Notes under the pieces: model-generated | The model's database searches: none | What the model saw: the letters and a program-made list of their open reading frames with translations, nothing else | What the model was told of the DNA's origin: nothing | Program-made: the position numbers and the translations under genes | Part shown: positions 39,234 to 51,181 of the stretch, piece after piece | Numbering within the stretch: position 1 is the first letter of the stretch | How the letters are laid out: each line of letters begins with the position of its first letter | Source: Lepidodermella squamata | Lineage: Eukaryota; Animalia; Gastrotricha | DNA length: 64,000 bases | Reading direction: 5' to 3' | NCBI GenBank assembly: GCA_047495785.1 | Contig: JBLDXI010000002.1 | Span: 1,860,001 to 1,924,000, forward strand

Positions 39234-41041
39234 GTCCGTGGTTACGCTAATCGCAAACGCAGATATTGGCTCACTTGAATTTTGCGTAAGTTAGGGATGA
39301 CACGTGGTACGCATAGGCCGGGTACGAAAAGATCCGGATCATCCTTGAGGCCTGATGAATTTTGACAACTCAGATGAAAGCCACAGATGACAGAGGTTAC
39401 GGGTGACCCCTACTTGATTTTTCATGGGCCCGTAAAAATCACTCTGCTAGAAAAACCCCGTTTTTATTTCAAGGTACCGAATCAGCAAAGACATCTATTC
39501 AGCAGTCCTGGCCTGTTTTTCATCTCAATTCTTAATAAGTTCTTATTCGAAAATGCTGGAATCTCTGAAGACAACGAAGTTCTAAACGCACAGCCGGCAA
39601 CTTAATGTCTGTCTCCTACTTAGTACTCATATTCTTATATTCTCGAGGAGCAGTAGAAAGTTGTTCAGGTTACTTCTTTCATGCACGAAGAAATGCAGAA
39701 GATTTCTGTCAAATGTGAAGTCCTACATCTATTTCGCCTGGATAATTTTAGCAGGCTGAAATCGCCTGAGACACCCATCATGTTTTCCATAATCATAGCA
39801 GATATATGGCACAACACGGATGACGGAGCACGTAGATCAAACAAGAGCTGCCCCTTGGCAAGCAAGGCAAAATCGATCTCTTGATTCACAACGTGTTCCC
39901 TTATTGAGTGGCTTTAAGGGCAACAGGGAAGATGTAGATGAGATTGGCGGCCACAGCTCCCTCAGAAATCACGCCCGTCATTCTGTGTCCTCAGCAAAAC
40001 ACAGCATTAAAATATAGTGTAACCTAAGGTAAGGTAACCTAATTCTGCATAAAAAATTGCCACTTTTTCGATCGCCTGGCATTCCATAACCATGAGGTTC
40101 TATGGGCTCAAATTTTGACCATGAGCAGTCAGAACTCATTCAAGTAAGCCCACAAATCTCATGAGGCAATTCCTGACCGTTAGGGAGCCAACGTTGCTAA
40201 AAGTCAAAAAAAAGATCGAGAGGGCCAGGAACAATGCGCAATCTCATGGTCTGCGAAACTATCTAAACCTGATATTTAGGCTTTTAATCATTGGTTTGAC
40301 AGCTGCATTCATTCTCATAGGGCCCTATCAACATTTAAACTAAAATGATTTTAGATCATGCATTGAATTCACAAAATTGGAACTCTCTGGTTTCTCGCAC
40401 TTCATCTCTCGTACTGGAGTTATTTAGGCATCTCACCTGAAAACCGGCCTCTTTGAAACAACTGCACTAACGTATCTTCCCTAATGTGAGAAAAGTGAAC
40501 AAAAGACGATGACGGGAGAAAATCTCTCTTTTGCATTCTTTGTATGCTAAACACTCTGCATGATGCATGGACTTGATGCAGGCATAGATGCAGGTTGATC
40601 ATGAGTCCCATGTAGCATGAAAGCTGTCAGTTCAATGTAACTACAAAGCTTACGCAAGAACACAACTCTCTCGTTTTTCCCGCTACATCCCGCTAAGAAG
40701 GCATCTCACCTGAAAACCTGATGTGGTCCAGTTTGATCATGAGTTCCATGTATAATGAACGAAAACGCGAAAAACTAGAAACGAAGAAAAAGCCTTGGGC
40801 TCTTGGGCTGCGTACTCATCGTGGTCGATTTTCAAATTTGAAATCCCCGCCGAAGTCAATTCCCGCTTGATTTTGTCAAATAATATAACATAATTATTAA
40901 TTTAAATTAAAAAATGTACATTTTCATGAGAATTCGAAATTTATCAAGTTGTCGATGAATTTTCCGAGGTCGGAAAACATCTCCGGTGTTAAAACACCTC
41001 CGATTCATTTATTTTCATCAGGCGGTGAAATGAACCAACAT

Positions 41042-44000
41042 TTACAAAATTGCACCGGCTGCTAAGAGATTGTGTACGGTTTTCTGTTTGTCTTCATCCG
41101 ACACATCGTCATCGCAATTCTGGGCTATAAGCAAAGCTGTCCATCCCGTCGACGGCACTCTGTAATTGACATCAGCCCCGAGCTCACGAATCAGCAAGTC
41201 GACAACAGCATGGCGGCCTTTGAAGGCTGCACCCATGAGAACAGTACGCCATTTTTCAGGTGGAGGATCAAACGAGTTTCCCAGTCTCATTGCTATTTTA
41301 GGCGAAAAGTCCAAAGCATTGATATCTGCTGGAAACTGCGAAGTTAGAAGTCTCACAATATGGATGTGGCCCCAGTAAGCAGAGACATGTAAAGGCGTGG
41401 TTCCATCTTCAGCTTCTGCATTAACGTCGCAGTTGAACTCTCCTGCAAGCATTCTGACGATTTCCTCGTGCCCTTTTCGAGCAGCGGTGTGCAGCGGCGT
41501 CCAGCCATCACTCCCAGGGGCACTTACGTCGCATTTGATCTCCTCCGCAAGCATCCTTACGATTTCCGTGTGTCCATTTAGGGCAGCCAAGTGCAAAGGT
41601 GTAAGGCCATCTTTATTGGGAGCATTAACATCGCACTGAAACTCACCTGCAAGCATTCGGACGACTATCGCATGTCCAGTTAGAGCAGCAATGTGCAAAG
41701 GTGAGATGCTATGCTCCATCGCGCGAGTGAAGTGGCAGTGGAATTCCCCTGCAAGCATTTTGACGATTTCTGCATGTCCCCTTTGAGCAGCGACGTGCAA
41801 CGGCGTTAAGCCATTCTTGCTGGAGGCATTAACGTCGCACTTAAACTCTCCTGCAAGCATTCTGACGACCTCCGCTTGTTCAAACAAAGTAGCAATGTGC
41901 AGAGGTGTCCAGCCAGCCTCATTGGGGGCATTCACGTCGCAGTTGAACTCACCTGCAAGCATTTTGATGATTTCTGTGTGTCCATTCTTAGCAGCGATGT
42001 GCAAAGATGCTTGTCCATCTTTATCGGGAGCATTGGTGTCGCAGTGGAACTGTCCTGCAAGCAGTTTGACGATTTCCGCGTGTCCATTTTCAGTGGCCAT
42101 GTGCAAAGGTGTATGGCCGTCGTTATTGGAAGCATTAATGTCGCACTTGAACTCTCCTGCAAGCATTTTGACGATATCCGCCTGTCCATTTACAGCAGCA
42201 ATGTGCAAAGGCGTATTGCAATCCTTCCCAGAGGCATTTACGTTGCAGTTGATCTGTTCTGCAAGCGATCTGACGACATCCGCGCGTCCAATCTGAGCTG
42301 CGATGTGCAACGGTGTCCAGCCATCCCTTCCAGAGGCATTAACGTCGCCCTTGAACTCTCCCGCAAGCACTTTGATGATATCCGCCTGTCCATTTATGGC
42401 AGCCATGTGCAAAGGTGTATTGTCATCCTTTCCAGTGGCATTAACGTCGCATGTGAACTCCTCCGCAAGCATCCTTACGATTTCCGCGTGTCCAATCTGA
42501 GCAGCAATGTGCAAAGGTGTATATCCATCCTCCCCAGAGGCATTGACGTCGCAGTTAACATTTCTTGCTAGAACTTCCACTACATCCAGGGTGCCGTTCA
42601 GCGCAGCGAGATGCAAGGGTGTTAATCCTGTCGCAGTTCTAGTGTCCACTTTGATGTATTCGTCTGCGAGAAATTCAACCACTTCGGCCTGACCCTCTAA
42701 AGCTGCGACATGCAATAAATTCATGCCGCGTTCATCCTGCATTTGCACGTTTGCCTTCATCGCACCCGCTAGTAGTCCAACAACCTTAGCGTGGCCGTTC
42801 TTGACTGCCGCCAGAATTGGGGTCTCGTCATTGTTTGTTGCAATATCGATGCTTTCATTTGAAACCGTTCCCAGGGTTTTGACCGTACGCAGATTGCCGA
42901 CGCTCGCAGCTATGTAAATGGGAGTTCTCCCTAATAGGTCCTTAGACAGCGGATTAGCATTGAACTTCTTTACCAATAGTTTTGCGATCTCATCATGTCC
43001 TTCTTGCGCAGCTAGAAACAACGGGGTCACACCTTCGCTGTTCTCGCAGTTAACGTTTATTTTCAAAGCTTCGGCTGATAACAGCGATTCGATTTCTCCG
43101 ATTTCGTTCTGTCTGATGAGGCGAAAAAGGAACTATAAATGCAATGATAGCAAGCTCATTTATGATCAAGGAAAACTTCGCCTTACTTTTTCTCCGGGGC
43201 TAAGGTCCGGCATTGCAAGATTTTCATCGGAAGCTGTTTTCATGAGCTGATTGGCGATTTGGGCTTCTGTTATAGAATTATCCGTTGCGTTAAGCAAAGC
43301 CTGCGGAGAGCCGCGCCTCGAGCTGATTTTTTCACGAATCATCCCCATGATTGCGTTTCGGAATTTAAATGAATAACCGCGGGAATCATCAAAGTCTTTT
43401 GGATGATTGCTGTATATGTAAAGAGGGTGAATCGTACGAAAGCATATATTGCTTGAAACTTACAAAATGATTGCCAAAGTAGAGTCAAACTGAAAATTAT
43501 ATTGCGTAAAAAACTTTATTTACCAGCCAGAGTAATAGCTTACAGGCATGCAGAAATTTGCCAACTCGAACAAAGTGACACCTAAAGACCACCAGTCGCT
43601 CGCGTTCGAGTGATCCTTCTTTGCAAATAGTTCAGGAGCCTTGTAAAGCTGATTATTGTATTCCAATTTTTCAACTGGTTGCTGCTTGTGTCTTTGTGAT
43701 CATTGGTACATGCATATCGTTAGCGACGCGCCAAAACAACCACTTTACTATTTATAGCTTTTTTATGGAAAGTACGTTCGACTCTTGAACGTAAATTCAA
43801 ATTACGATGAGTACGATCAGTGCTCAAAAAGCCGAACGTACTCCTTCTTTACGTTCGGCTCGTCAAAGTACGATCGAATGAGTCATCAAAGTGGTTGTTT
43901 TGGCGCGTCGCTAACGATATCGTATCAAATCCCTCTTTAAAATCGATCATACCTTTCGTAAACTTTCGCCAACCCAAACCCTCCAAGTTTGACAGTGGTG

Positions 44001-46778
44001 CTGTTATGGAGAAAAATATTCTTGGGCTCTATTGCGCGATGGAGAATTCCGCTTGCGTGCAGCTTTTCCACCGCAGAAGCAAGCTGTCGTGACCAATCCA
44101 TCAACAGACATTCGGGAATAGGTCCAGCTGATTTTTTCTTGTAATCTTTCAAATTTCCTTCCGAGCAGTATTCCATTACCAAATTATAAATTGATCCATG
44201 CTCTTTAACAATAAATAAAGAAGAAATTATGCGACTATTAAGTCAAACGTGGCTCTTGAGTTATCCTAATTAAGGCGGGAGATAATTTGCAGTTTGATGT
44301 CATGTGGAACGGAGAGTAGTGACATAACTTGCACTCAAAGCACAGTAGTACGATAAGCAAAAAGTAAATCCGACTCACCATCGAATGATCCGAATACCGA
44401 AAGAATGTTAGGGTGTAATATATCCACGAGTTTAAGATTCTATAGGTTAAGACCTCTTTGTACATGCATATTTAATAAAAAACGGGACTTTACCTCGTCT
44501 CGGCTTAGTTTGATTAATCGGTCTGCAAAATTAGGATCACTGTCATTAGTACGAGAAATTAGGCTTAGATTGAAAGCCTTGACAACATAATGGTTCACGT
44601 CTTTGTATCGCCTGCATAGCATTGCCGAGCCGAAGGTACCTCTTCCGAGCTCCTTTTCACGCTTGAACTCGCGGATTGAGGAAAAAATCAACTTCTTTGC
44701 TTCTGCTACGGGCACTTCGGTCATCTTCCCTTGTCTAATGAAACGACTGCCCAGCAGATCAACAGCCGTAGCTCGATTAGAAGGGTCTTTTACGAGCATC
44801 GAGAGAACAAAGCAATAATATTCTTCTGATCGTTCTTTGTCGAATGGTTTCGGTTCGCTCCTAAGAAAGGATAGCGATCATTTATGACAAGATTTATGAA
44901 GCGTTTGTTTTGAGCGGTGTGATATATGGGGACCGAAATGTCCGATGCGGCATTCCAAACTTACCCTGTGATGTCACCTGCGCTATCAAACTGAAAACAG
45001 TAAAGTTTCTTTCAAGAGCGCAATCGCAATAGTGCTGACTTACTGGCAAGTAGAAATTCGCTAGTTCGAAGAAAGTAACCCCGAGTGACCAACAGTCGCT
45101 AGCCTGGGAATTTGGCACATTACGAAACGTTTCAGGTGCCCTGTACAATGATGTGCCAAGACCAATCAGTGAGATACTCGCTGAACTGCGATATAAAGGT
45201 CAAGCTCCTCAGATACTCTTATTTCTTATTGCATGAAAGCTTACTCGCTTTTAGGGGGTCTAGCCAGACCAAAGTCGCCAAGTTTGACAGTTTTCTCATC
45301 GTCGCACAAAAATATGTTCTTCGGCTTGATGTCGCGATGCAGTGCGCCGATGCTGTGAACCTTTTCGACAGCCGACACCAATTGACAGGCCCAGTTTTGC
45401 AAGACACACTCAGGTATTATCGCTTGGGCCTCTTTTTTTCGCTTAATGTAGTCTGACAAATCGCCGTTCGAACAATGTTCCGTAATCATATAATATATTT
45501 CATTTCCTTTCTGCCAATGGTCGAGCGTTTCAATCGGCTCATCCTTCAGCTGTTCTGTAAGAACAAATTTACTGTAAATTATGCACTGTCTTCTAATTTT
45601 TCGAAAAAATGCACTCTACACAGGTTTTGCGGTATTACGCTATCAGAGAATTTCAGCAAATGACAGGTTGGGCAGTTTTTAAATGGAATTCCGCCATGGG
45701 CAGCCGTCATCGCGAATTCTCATCCGTCTCGACAAGATTCCGGTCACGGATAAGACATTAGACCCATCCATAGCGGAATCACACCGCCATCACACTTGCG
45801 TGTATGATGTACCGTCACTTGGGGTAATCTGGGTCAGTGGGGCTATTCGGGGCTATGAAAACGGGAGAAGGAGCATGGCTCAAAAACTACCCGGCCGTTA
45901 GCAGTGAAATTTTGCACGGAGTTAGGTGTAGCCCCATCCGTGGGGCTATTCGGAATCCTGGTTCCATTGGAATCAGGACCTTCTGAAACATGTAAAAATG
46001 CAAAGAAATCAGGGGGTAATTTTTTTTCGCCGTCCGGATAGCCCCAACTGACGGTATGAAATGCACTGCATGGATTGGTAAGCCATGGCGGAATTGACAC
46101 CAATTAGTCCTTGGAGCTTATACCCATTGCCCATGGTAGAATTCCATTCTAACCAGCCCAATCTGTCATTGTCTGGAATCCCTGTATGGCCTGCGACATA
46201 TCGTTGTCGTCATTGAATAACTCGGATTTAGGCTTGTTTACATCCGTTTCAAGGTCACGGAATGGGTCACGGGTGACAAGTAAAAAGCGGCTTTTTTAAC
46301 GTGATGAAGAGGCAATAACAAAAGACATTTTACTTACCTATCACCTATCACCGTGAAATGGATGTAAACAAGCCTAAATCCGGGTTATTCAACGACGACA
46401 ACGATATATGGCAAGCTTTTTTAATTGCTGCCATCATTTACCTGTAAATGCGCCACGGACAGCGACAATGTTTTCATGCTTCAAGCTCTCAAGTAACTTG
46501 TGCTAATGAAAAAATATCAATAAGCAAATGCAATCTAAGAAGCCCATACGGTTATGTTGCCGTACCTCTTGGCAGCTCAATTTTATGAGTTTCATTGCGA
46601 AAGTCGCATCGTCGCCTTTTCCGTAAGTCATCAGAATCATGTTCAGGTTGACAGCCTTAACCACGTAGTCAGCTAAATCCCCATCTTTCCGCCGACATAG
46701 CCATACAAAACCAAAAGCTCCTTTTCCCAGGTGTTGAATTCTTTCGAATTCAGATATAGAGGTAAATTCAGCCGCCAT
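41042..46778 (-). CDS. Tandem kinase-pseudokinase-ankyrin repeat protein (NEK-like kinases), copy 1, intact, about 1305 aa
   Basis: 12 exons: 46778-46566, 46502-46442, 45554-45245, 45185-45044, 44990-44965, 44860-44494, 44439-44379, 44202-43953, 43691-43544, 43489-43464, 43409-43187, 43132-41042; all GT-AG and frame-consistent (3918 nt). Kinase 1 has GKGAFG/VVK/HRDIKPKN/DFG/APE; kinase 2 has HRAIEPKN/GFG; about 19 ankyrin repeats follow. Confidence 0.88.
43718..43916. mobile_element. Intronic MITE (cgtt...aacg termini, ATAT/TA target)
   Basis: TIR cgttagcgacgcgccaaaacaaccacttt, flanked by atat on both sides; empty site in unit 2 at ~57374. Confidence 0.88.
45644..46183. mobile_element. Older TIR element in kinase intron 2, present in both units
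   Basis: Imperfect inverted ends tgacaggttgggcag..aatggaattccgccatgggc / gcccatggtagaattccattct..gcccaatctgtca; homologue at ~59116-60190. TSD unclear. Confidence 0.65.
46202..46403. mobile_element. Intronic MITE (cgtt...aacg termini, ATAT/TA target)
   Basis: About 50 bp TIR cgttgtcgtcattgaataactcggatttaggcttgtttacatcc, atat flanks; absent at ~60217 in unit 2. Confidence 0.88.
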
Positions 46779-46842
46779 GTCGGGTAAATGACGTGTAGCT
46801 TGCATGAATCTAAAAACCTGCAACTAAAAAGTGTGCTATTAA

Positions 46843-47244
46843 CCCTTAGCCGCCGGCGCAATGACGTGTTAACTCGAGCACCTTTCAGAAAATCCCAGAA
46901 AATCAAGAAGAGGCTAAAATCAAATTCTGAGTCGGCAGAAAGTCTTACATTTAGCCTTAGATTGAAAGCCGAACCTCTTTTTCAGAAGAAATTTACCTGG
47001 GTTGACGTTGCTATGACGTGTTAACGCGTTTTCATGACGTGTTAACAAGTCACTTGAAATTTTTCTCACTATTTTCGACCTGGTCGGAATGGCTTTGAAA
47101 ATTTGGATTTTCGGGGAGTGCTTGTTTCTTGCTATTGATTTATCATAATTTATGACGCAACAATGGGTTCGATAGCCCAAATGCTCCGACCACGGTGAAT
47201 TTTCTCCGGAATTAACGCGTGTACACGTCATCGGCGGCTAAGGG
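46843..47244. mobile_element. piggyBac-like MITE
   Basis: TTAA TSD, cccttagccgccg...cggcggctaaggg termini; absent at ~60659 in unit 2. Confidence 0.88.
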
Positions 47245-47729
47245 TTAAAGGATTATTCTATACCTAGCTATAGCCATAGAGAAATGAAATTTCCCCCTGA
47301 TCTGAAACACCGAGGGCATAGAGAATAGAGTTACCAGAGATGAAACTCCTATTGGAAACTAGAAGTTTTAATTCTTTTGCCGATTTCGTAAAATTTCATT
47401 ATGGCGGATCTTTTTGAAAGTCGCGCATGCATGTTTACATGTAAAAAATGGTGTTTTTCCACGTGCTATACCCACTATCCCTCATCATGGAATTTTTATT
47501 TTTTTATTTTAATCGATGGGGATTGGTTTCAACTTCAACCAGTTCAAAGGAATCGGCTGGGAAATGAATGGTTTTGACGCCATAGCGGTTTTCCCGAAGG
47601 TCACTTTTTGGGGGTTCAAAAATAGGGGTTTTCGGCTTGACCCCACGGCCACATCCTTGATCGGACTATCGTTTTCTTTGGTGGAAATGATAGAGCTGAG
47701 TCCATATTATCACCATGTGAAATGAGTTG

Positions 47730-48020
47730 TTTACCAAAGCCACCGTTCAAAAATTATTCATGGGTTTCAGAAGCATTTTTTCGGAATTCTGTTATTGAAT
47801 ATTGCAAAGTGCAAAGGCTGAAATCGATGCTAAGTTTTTTTTCAAATTATTTAAAAGCAGCCTACGAAATTTCTCAATTTTTTTTCATACGAAGGGCGAA
47901 CGCGTTTTCTCATGCGGAATGACGTCTGGAATGACGGCTGGGTGGTTTAGGTATAAAGCATGTAAACCAAAAAAATGCTTCTGAAACCCATGAATAATTT
48001 TTGAACGGTGGCTTTGGCAA
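47730..48020. mobile_element. Foldback/MITE element
   Basis: About 45-50 bp inverted ends ccaaagccaccgttcaaaaattattcatgggtttcagaagcatttttt. Confidence 0.75.
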
Positions 48021-48423
48021 TATTGGCAAACTTAGATGATGCAGCTGCGCCGGGGAACCAATAGCCTGAGGCAATTAAACAATTAATTTATAACAACAAT
48101 TAAAATCAAGAACTGATATGTGGCAAATTCCTTCCGAGGATAACTCGGATTAATCGAATCAGACTACGAGCACTAAAACCTAGTCTCAGGGCTTTTGAGT
48201 CGCCTTCCATTGCGAACAGTGGCTAATGTGAACCATTTGAAGACGACCGGGGGTGTGTCTATTGTAATTTAGCAGTCCGCTAACTAAGCTTTATACGTAA
48301 AATCGCACTTATTTTGTTGGCATATTCATGATTATTTTATTTTACTACCATCGCCTGTTACGGCGCTCTCTCGGCGCGATTACATAGCCTCATAGACTTG
48401 TAATGTATGGCGCAATCATCATA

Positions 48424-48939
48424 TGGGGGTTATTTTCGAAGCCGTCTTTATCGATAAAGTCAACTTTAAGCTGTAGCATTTAAGCTGTGCAAAAGTCGAC
48501 TTTATTGCGTAAAACCATCTTTGCCATGATATTTCGAAGAAATTAATGAACGACGGTATCATAAATTGCTCATCATTAGCCATGACCTACTTCTTACCAG
48601 CATTTTTGTTGTGATAAATCATAAAAAACGACGTCGAACAGAGCTTTAAGGTTCATATCACTCGTTCGGGGACAAAAATATGTCGATAAACCCGACTTGA
48701 AGGCATAAAGATGAGGATGGTCGTCTTTAACGGCTCTACTACATTTCTATATGCAGGATAAAGACGACTTTTTACAAATAAAGTCAGCTTTATGTTCGAA
48801 AATCATGTATTGGATAAAGCTAGCTCTATGTCTATCGTATAAACTAGCTGACATCAGCTAAAGTCGACTTTACGAGATAAAGCCGACTTTATCGATAGAG
48901 TAGACTTTATCATGAAGACAGCCTCGAAAATAACCCCCA
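48424..48939. mobile_element. MITE with TA-flanked TIRs
   Basis: tgggggttattttcga...tcgaaaataaccccca with subterminal aaagtcgacttta repeats. Confidence 0.78.
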
Positions 48940-49847
48940 TAAGGCGATATAAAATTAACGGTAGAAAAGATAATGCCGTTTCTCTAAAAAGAGTGCTGGT
49001 CATAAACCGGCTTGTAGCCAGTCGCGTGGGTCGTGTGAGATGTGAGAGGCTCTGCTGACTAGGTTTTGGTTCTTCGCGTAAATGCCAAGCTGTGCACTTA
49101 TCAGCAAGAACTTTGCGGACGTCTTCTGACGGTGGGCGAATTCCGCGGACGTAGTTGATGTAGTCCGCCATATCGAGACCTGCTGCTTAGAAGCGTTCGC
49201 GTAGCGCTTGATAAGGCGACAAGAAAGACATCGTCAATCGAGTTGACTCCGGCGTAAGCGATTACGTCAATTTTCATGTTTCGAAGGAGTTCGAAGTTGT
49301 GTTTTTTAGAGTAACAAAGGCTGGCAAAAATTTTCCGAGAATAAACTCAAAGCTAGATCAAAAAAAGCTAGTTTTAACGAGATTTGTCAATTACTGTTAA
49401 TCAATACAGATAATTTCTCTGATGAAATTAACGGATAGGGCGAAGAAATGGCGAAAATTGGAGTCAAAATACGGCGAAAATTCAAAACTTGCACCAATCT
49501 AAAATAGAAGAAAATTCGAAAACATCAATATAATCGATACCTACCAAATATCAAACACCATAACTATCAATGAACGTATTATTTTTTCAGGCTAAGAGGT
49601 GATCGCGAAATGTTTAACATCATTTCTGTTTATAATTGCTAATAATTGCATCAAAACACTAGACAATTTTCTTCATGTCTTAAGGCTCGTAGAAACGGGC
49701 AAACATTTTGTCAAACATTGACTTCAAACATGGATGTTTGATGAAACAAACTTTCATTTACACGCTCAAACAATGTTTGCAAGAAAACTAGCAAAATGTA
49801 TGCAAATCATCCAGAAATTAGCATAATCTATGCAAATTGTCAAGATA

Positions 49848-50074
49848 ATCATCTTAGGCCGGATTTTGCGGAGTCAAAGTCCAACTACGTGTTGCTCTGA
49901 TGGTCGATATGATAGCATCAATGGGATCAATGGGGCTTGGCAGCACGCGATTCTATCACTTGATTAACATAGTGTGAAAAAAATTACACCCACCAACCCG
50001 ACCAGCCCCACTATCGCGACCGACCCAGCAACAAGTAGTTGGACTTTGACACTGCATATCCAGACTAAGATGAT
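49848..50074. mobile_element. Nested MITE
   Basis: Imperfect inverted ends atcatcttaggccggat..gtcaaagtccaactac / gtagttggactttgac..atccagactaagatgat. Confidence 0.7.
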
Positions 50075-50201
50075 TTATTCAATTTATGCAAATTAGGAGG
50101 AAAATTACATAAAAAGGTGGAATGTTTCACTTTTTCGTCCGCTCTGATTTGATTTTTTCCTTGCAGCATCACCCTAGCAATTTATGAATCAATGTGATCA
50201 T

Positions 50202-50614
50202 TACATTACATCATCTTATTTTCATATTATTATCATATCTTATCATCTTATTATCATATGCATTTAACGTCGGCATATAACTTCACCTCATGATACCTAG
50301 GCCGAGGCTCGTTGTTAGCCTCACGCGTAAGTGTTGAGGGAGGAACGCGCTCACATGGCGCTATCCTGGGTCACACGACGCACCAACAGATCCCTACACC
50401 CCTTCTAGAGCGTACAGCGTACTCATGGGTAATGTACACTATCGTACCTCTAGCCTCAAGGGGCCTCGAGCAATGGTTTCACATTGTCTACTCGAGTAGC
50501 AATTTTTTTGTCTCACCAGTGGATTGCTAAACCACCGTCGGGCGTCAGCGGGCGTTGAACCCACGACCTTATGCACATAGGCTAGCTTCCTTATCTACTA
50601 GGCTACTGCTCCCC
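50202..50614 (-). mobile_element. tRNA-derived SINE
   Basis: Minus-strand head ggggagcagtagcctagtag (A box) ... gggttcaacgccc (B box), AT-rich ATGATA-type tail, 11-bp TSD aatgtgatcat (50191-50201, 50615-50625). Confidence 0.82.
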
Positions 50615-51181
50615 AATGTGATCATAATTTATCCATTTTCTGAAGATGCGCTTGCAAATCTTCCGCAGATGTCGTTCCGGCTGGCATCTCCGTAGCAGGC
50701 ACAGCGCAAAATTTTTGAATGTTTGTCAAACAAAATCGCCTCCCCGAGTGATTTTGTTTGAAGTCATTATCAACAAACTTTTCAAACATTTTCTTTCAAA
50801 CACGTTAATTTAGACGGGCAAACATGTTTGAAAGCCGTGTTGGTCCCAACAATGTTTGAACCAAAAGTTTGAAAGTGTAAATGCAATGTTTGAAGCCGTT
50901 GTTTGGCAAACAATGTTTGAGGTCCATGTTTGGTAAACATGTTTGCCCGTTTATACGAGCCTTTACAGCAATTGGATTTATTTGAATTGGCGATAGCTAC
51001 CTTAAACCGCGGCGAGATAATACATTATTATACTCATTGGGAATTGGGACTACTTTTTATTGCCCTTACTTCAAAAACCCGTTTGCTATAAAAGGTGTTT
51101 GTCGCTATTGCTATAACAAAAATAAAAAAATTACATTGGACATTATCAGATTTTATTAAGATAAAAACGCAACAAAATTCA

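Larger units (their letters stand above)
37396..48296. repeat. Tandem segmental duplication, unit 1
   Basis: Starts ggatttatttgaattggc (matches 50974) and ends ...ctaagctttatac (matches ~61224); same two genes in the same order. Confidence 0.9.
49683..50962. mobile_element. PIF/Harbinger-like non-autonomous element hosting nested insertions
   Basis: TTA TSD; TIR aggctcgta.aaacgggcaaacat; many caaacat/atgtttg subterminal repeats. Confidence 0.8.

Noticed and set aside
48854-49171. 105-aa ORF between the duplication units
   Set aside because: Its 3' part runs into a MITE and no motif is recognisable.
50540-50614. tRNA gene
   Set aside because: No proper cloverleaf; has a body, tail and TSD, so it is a SINE head.
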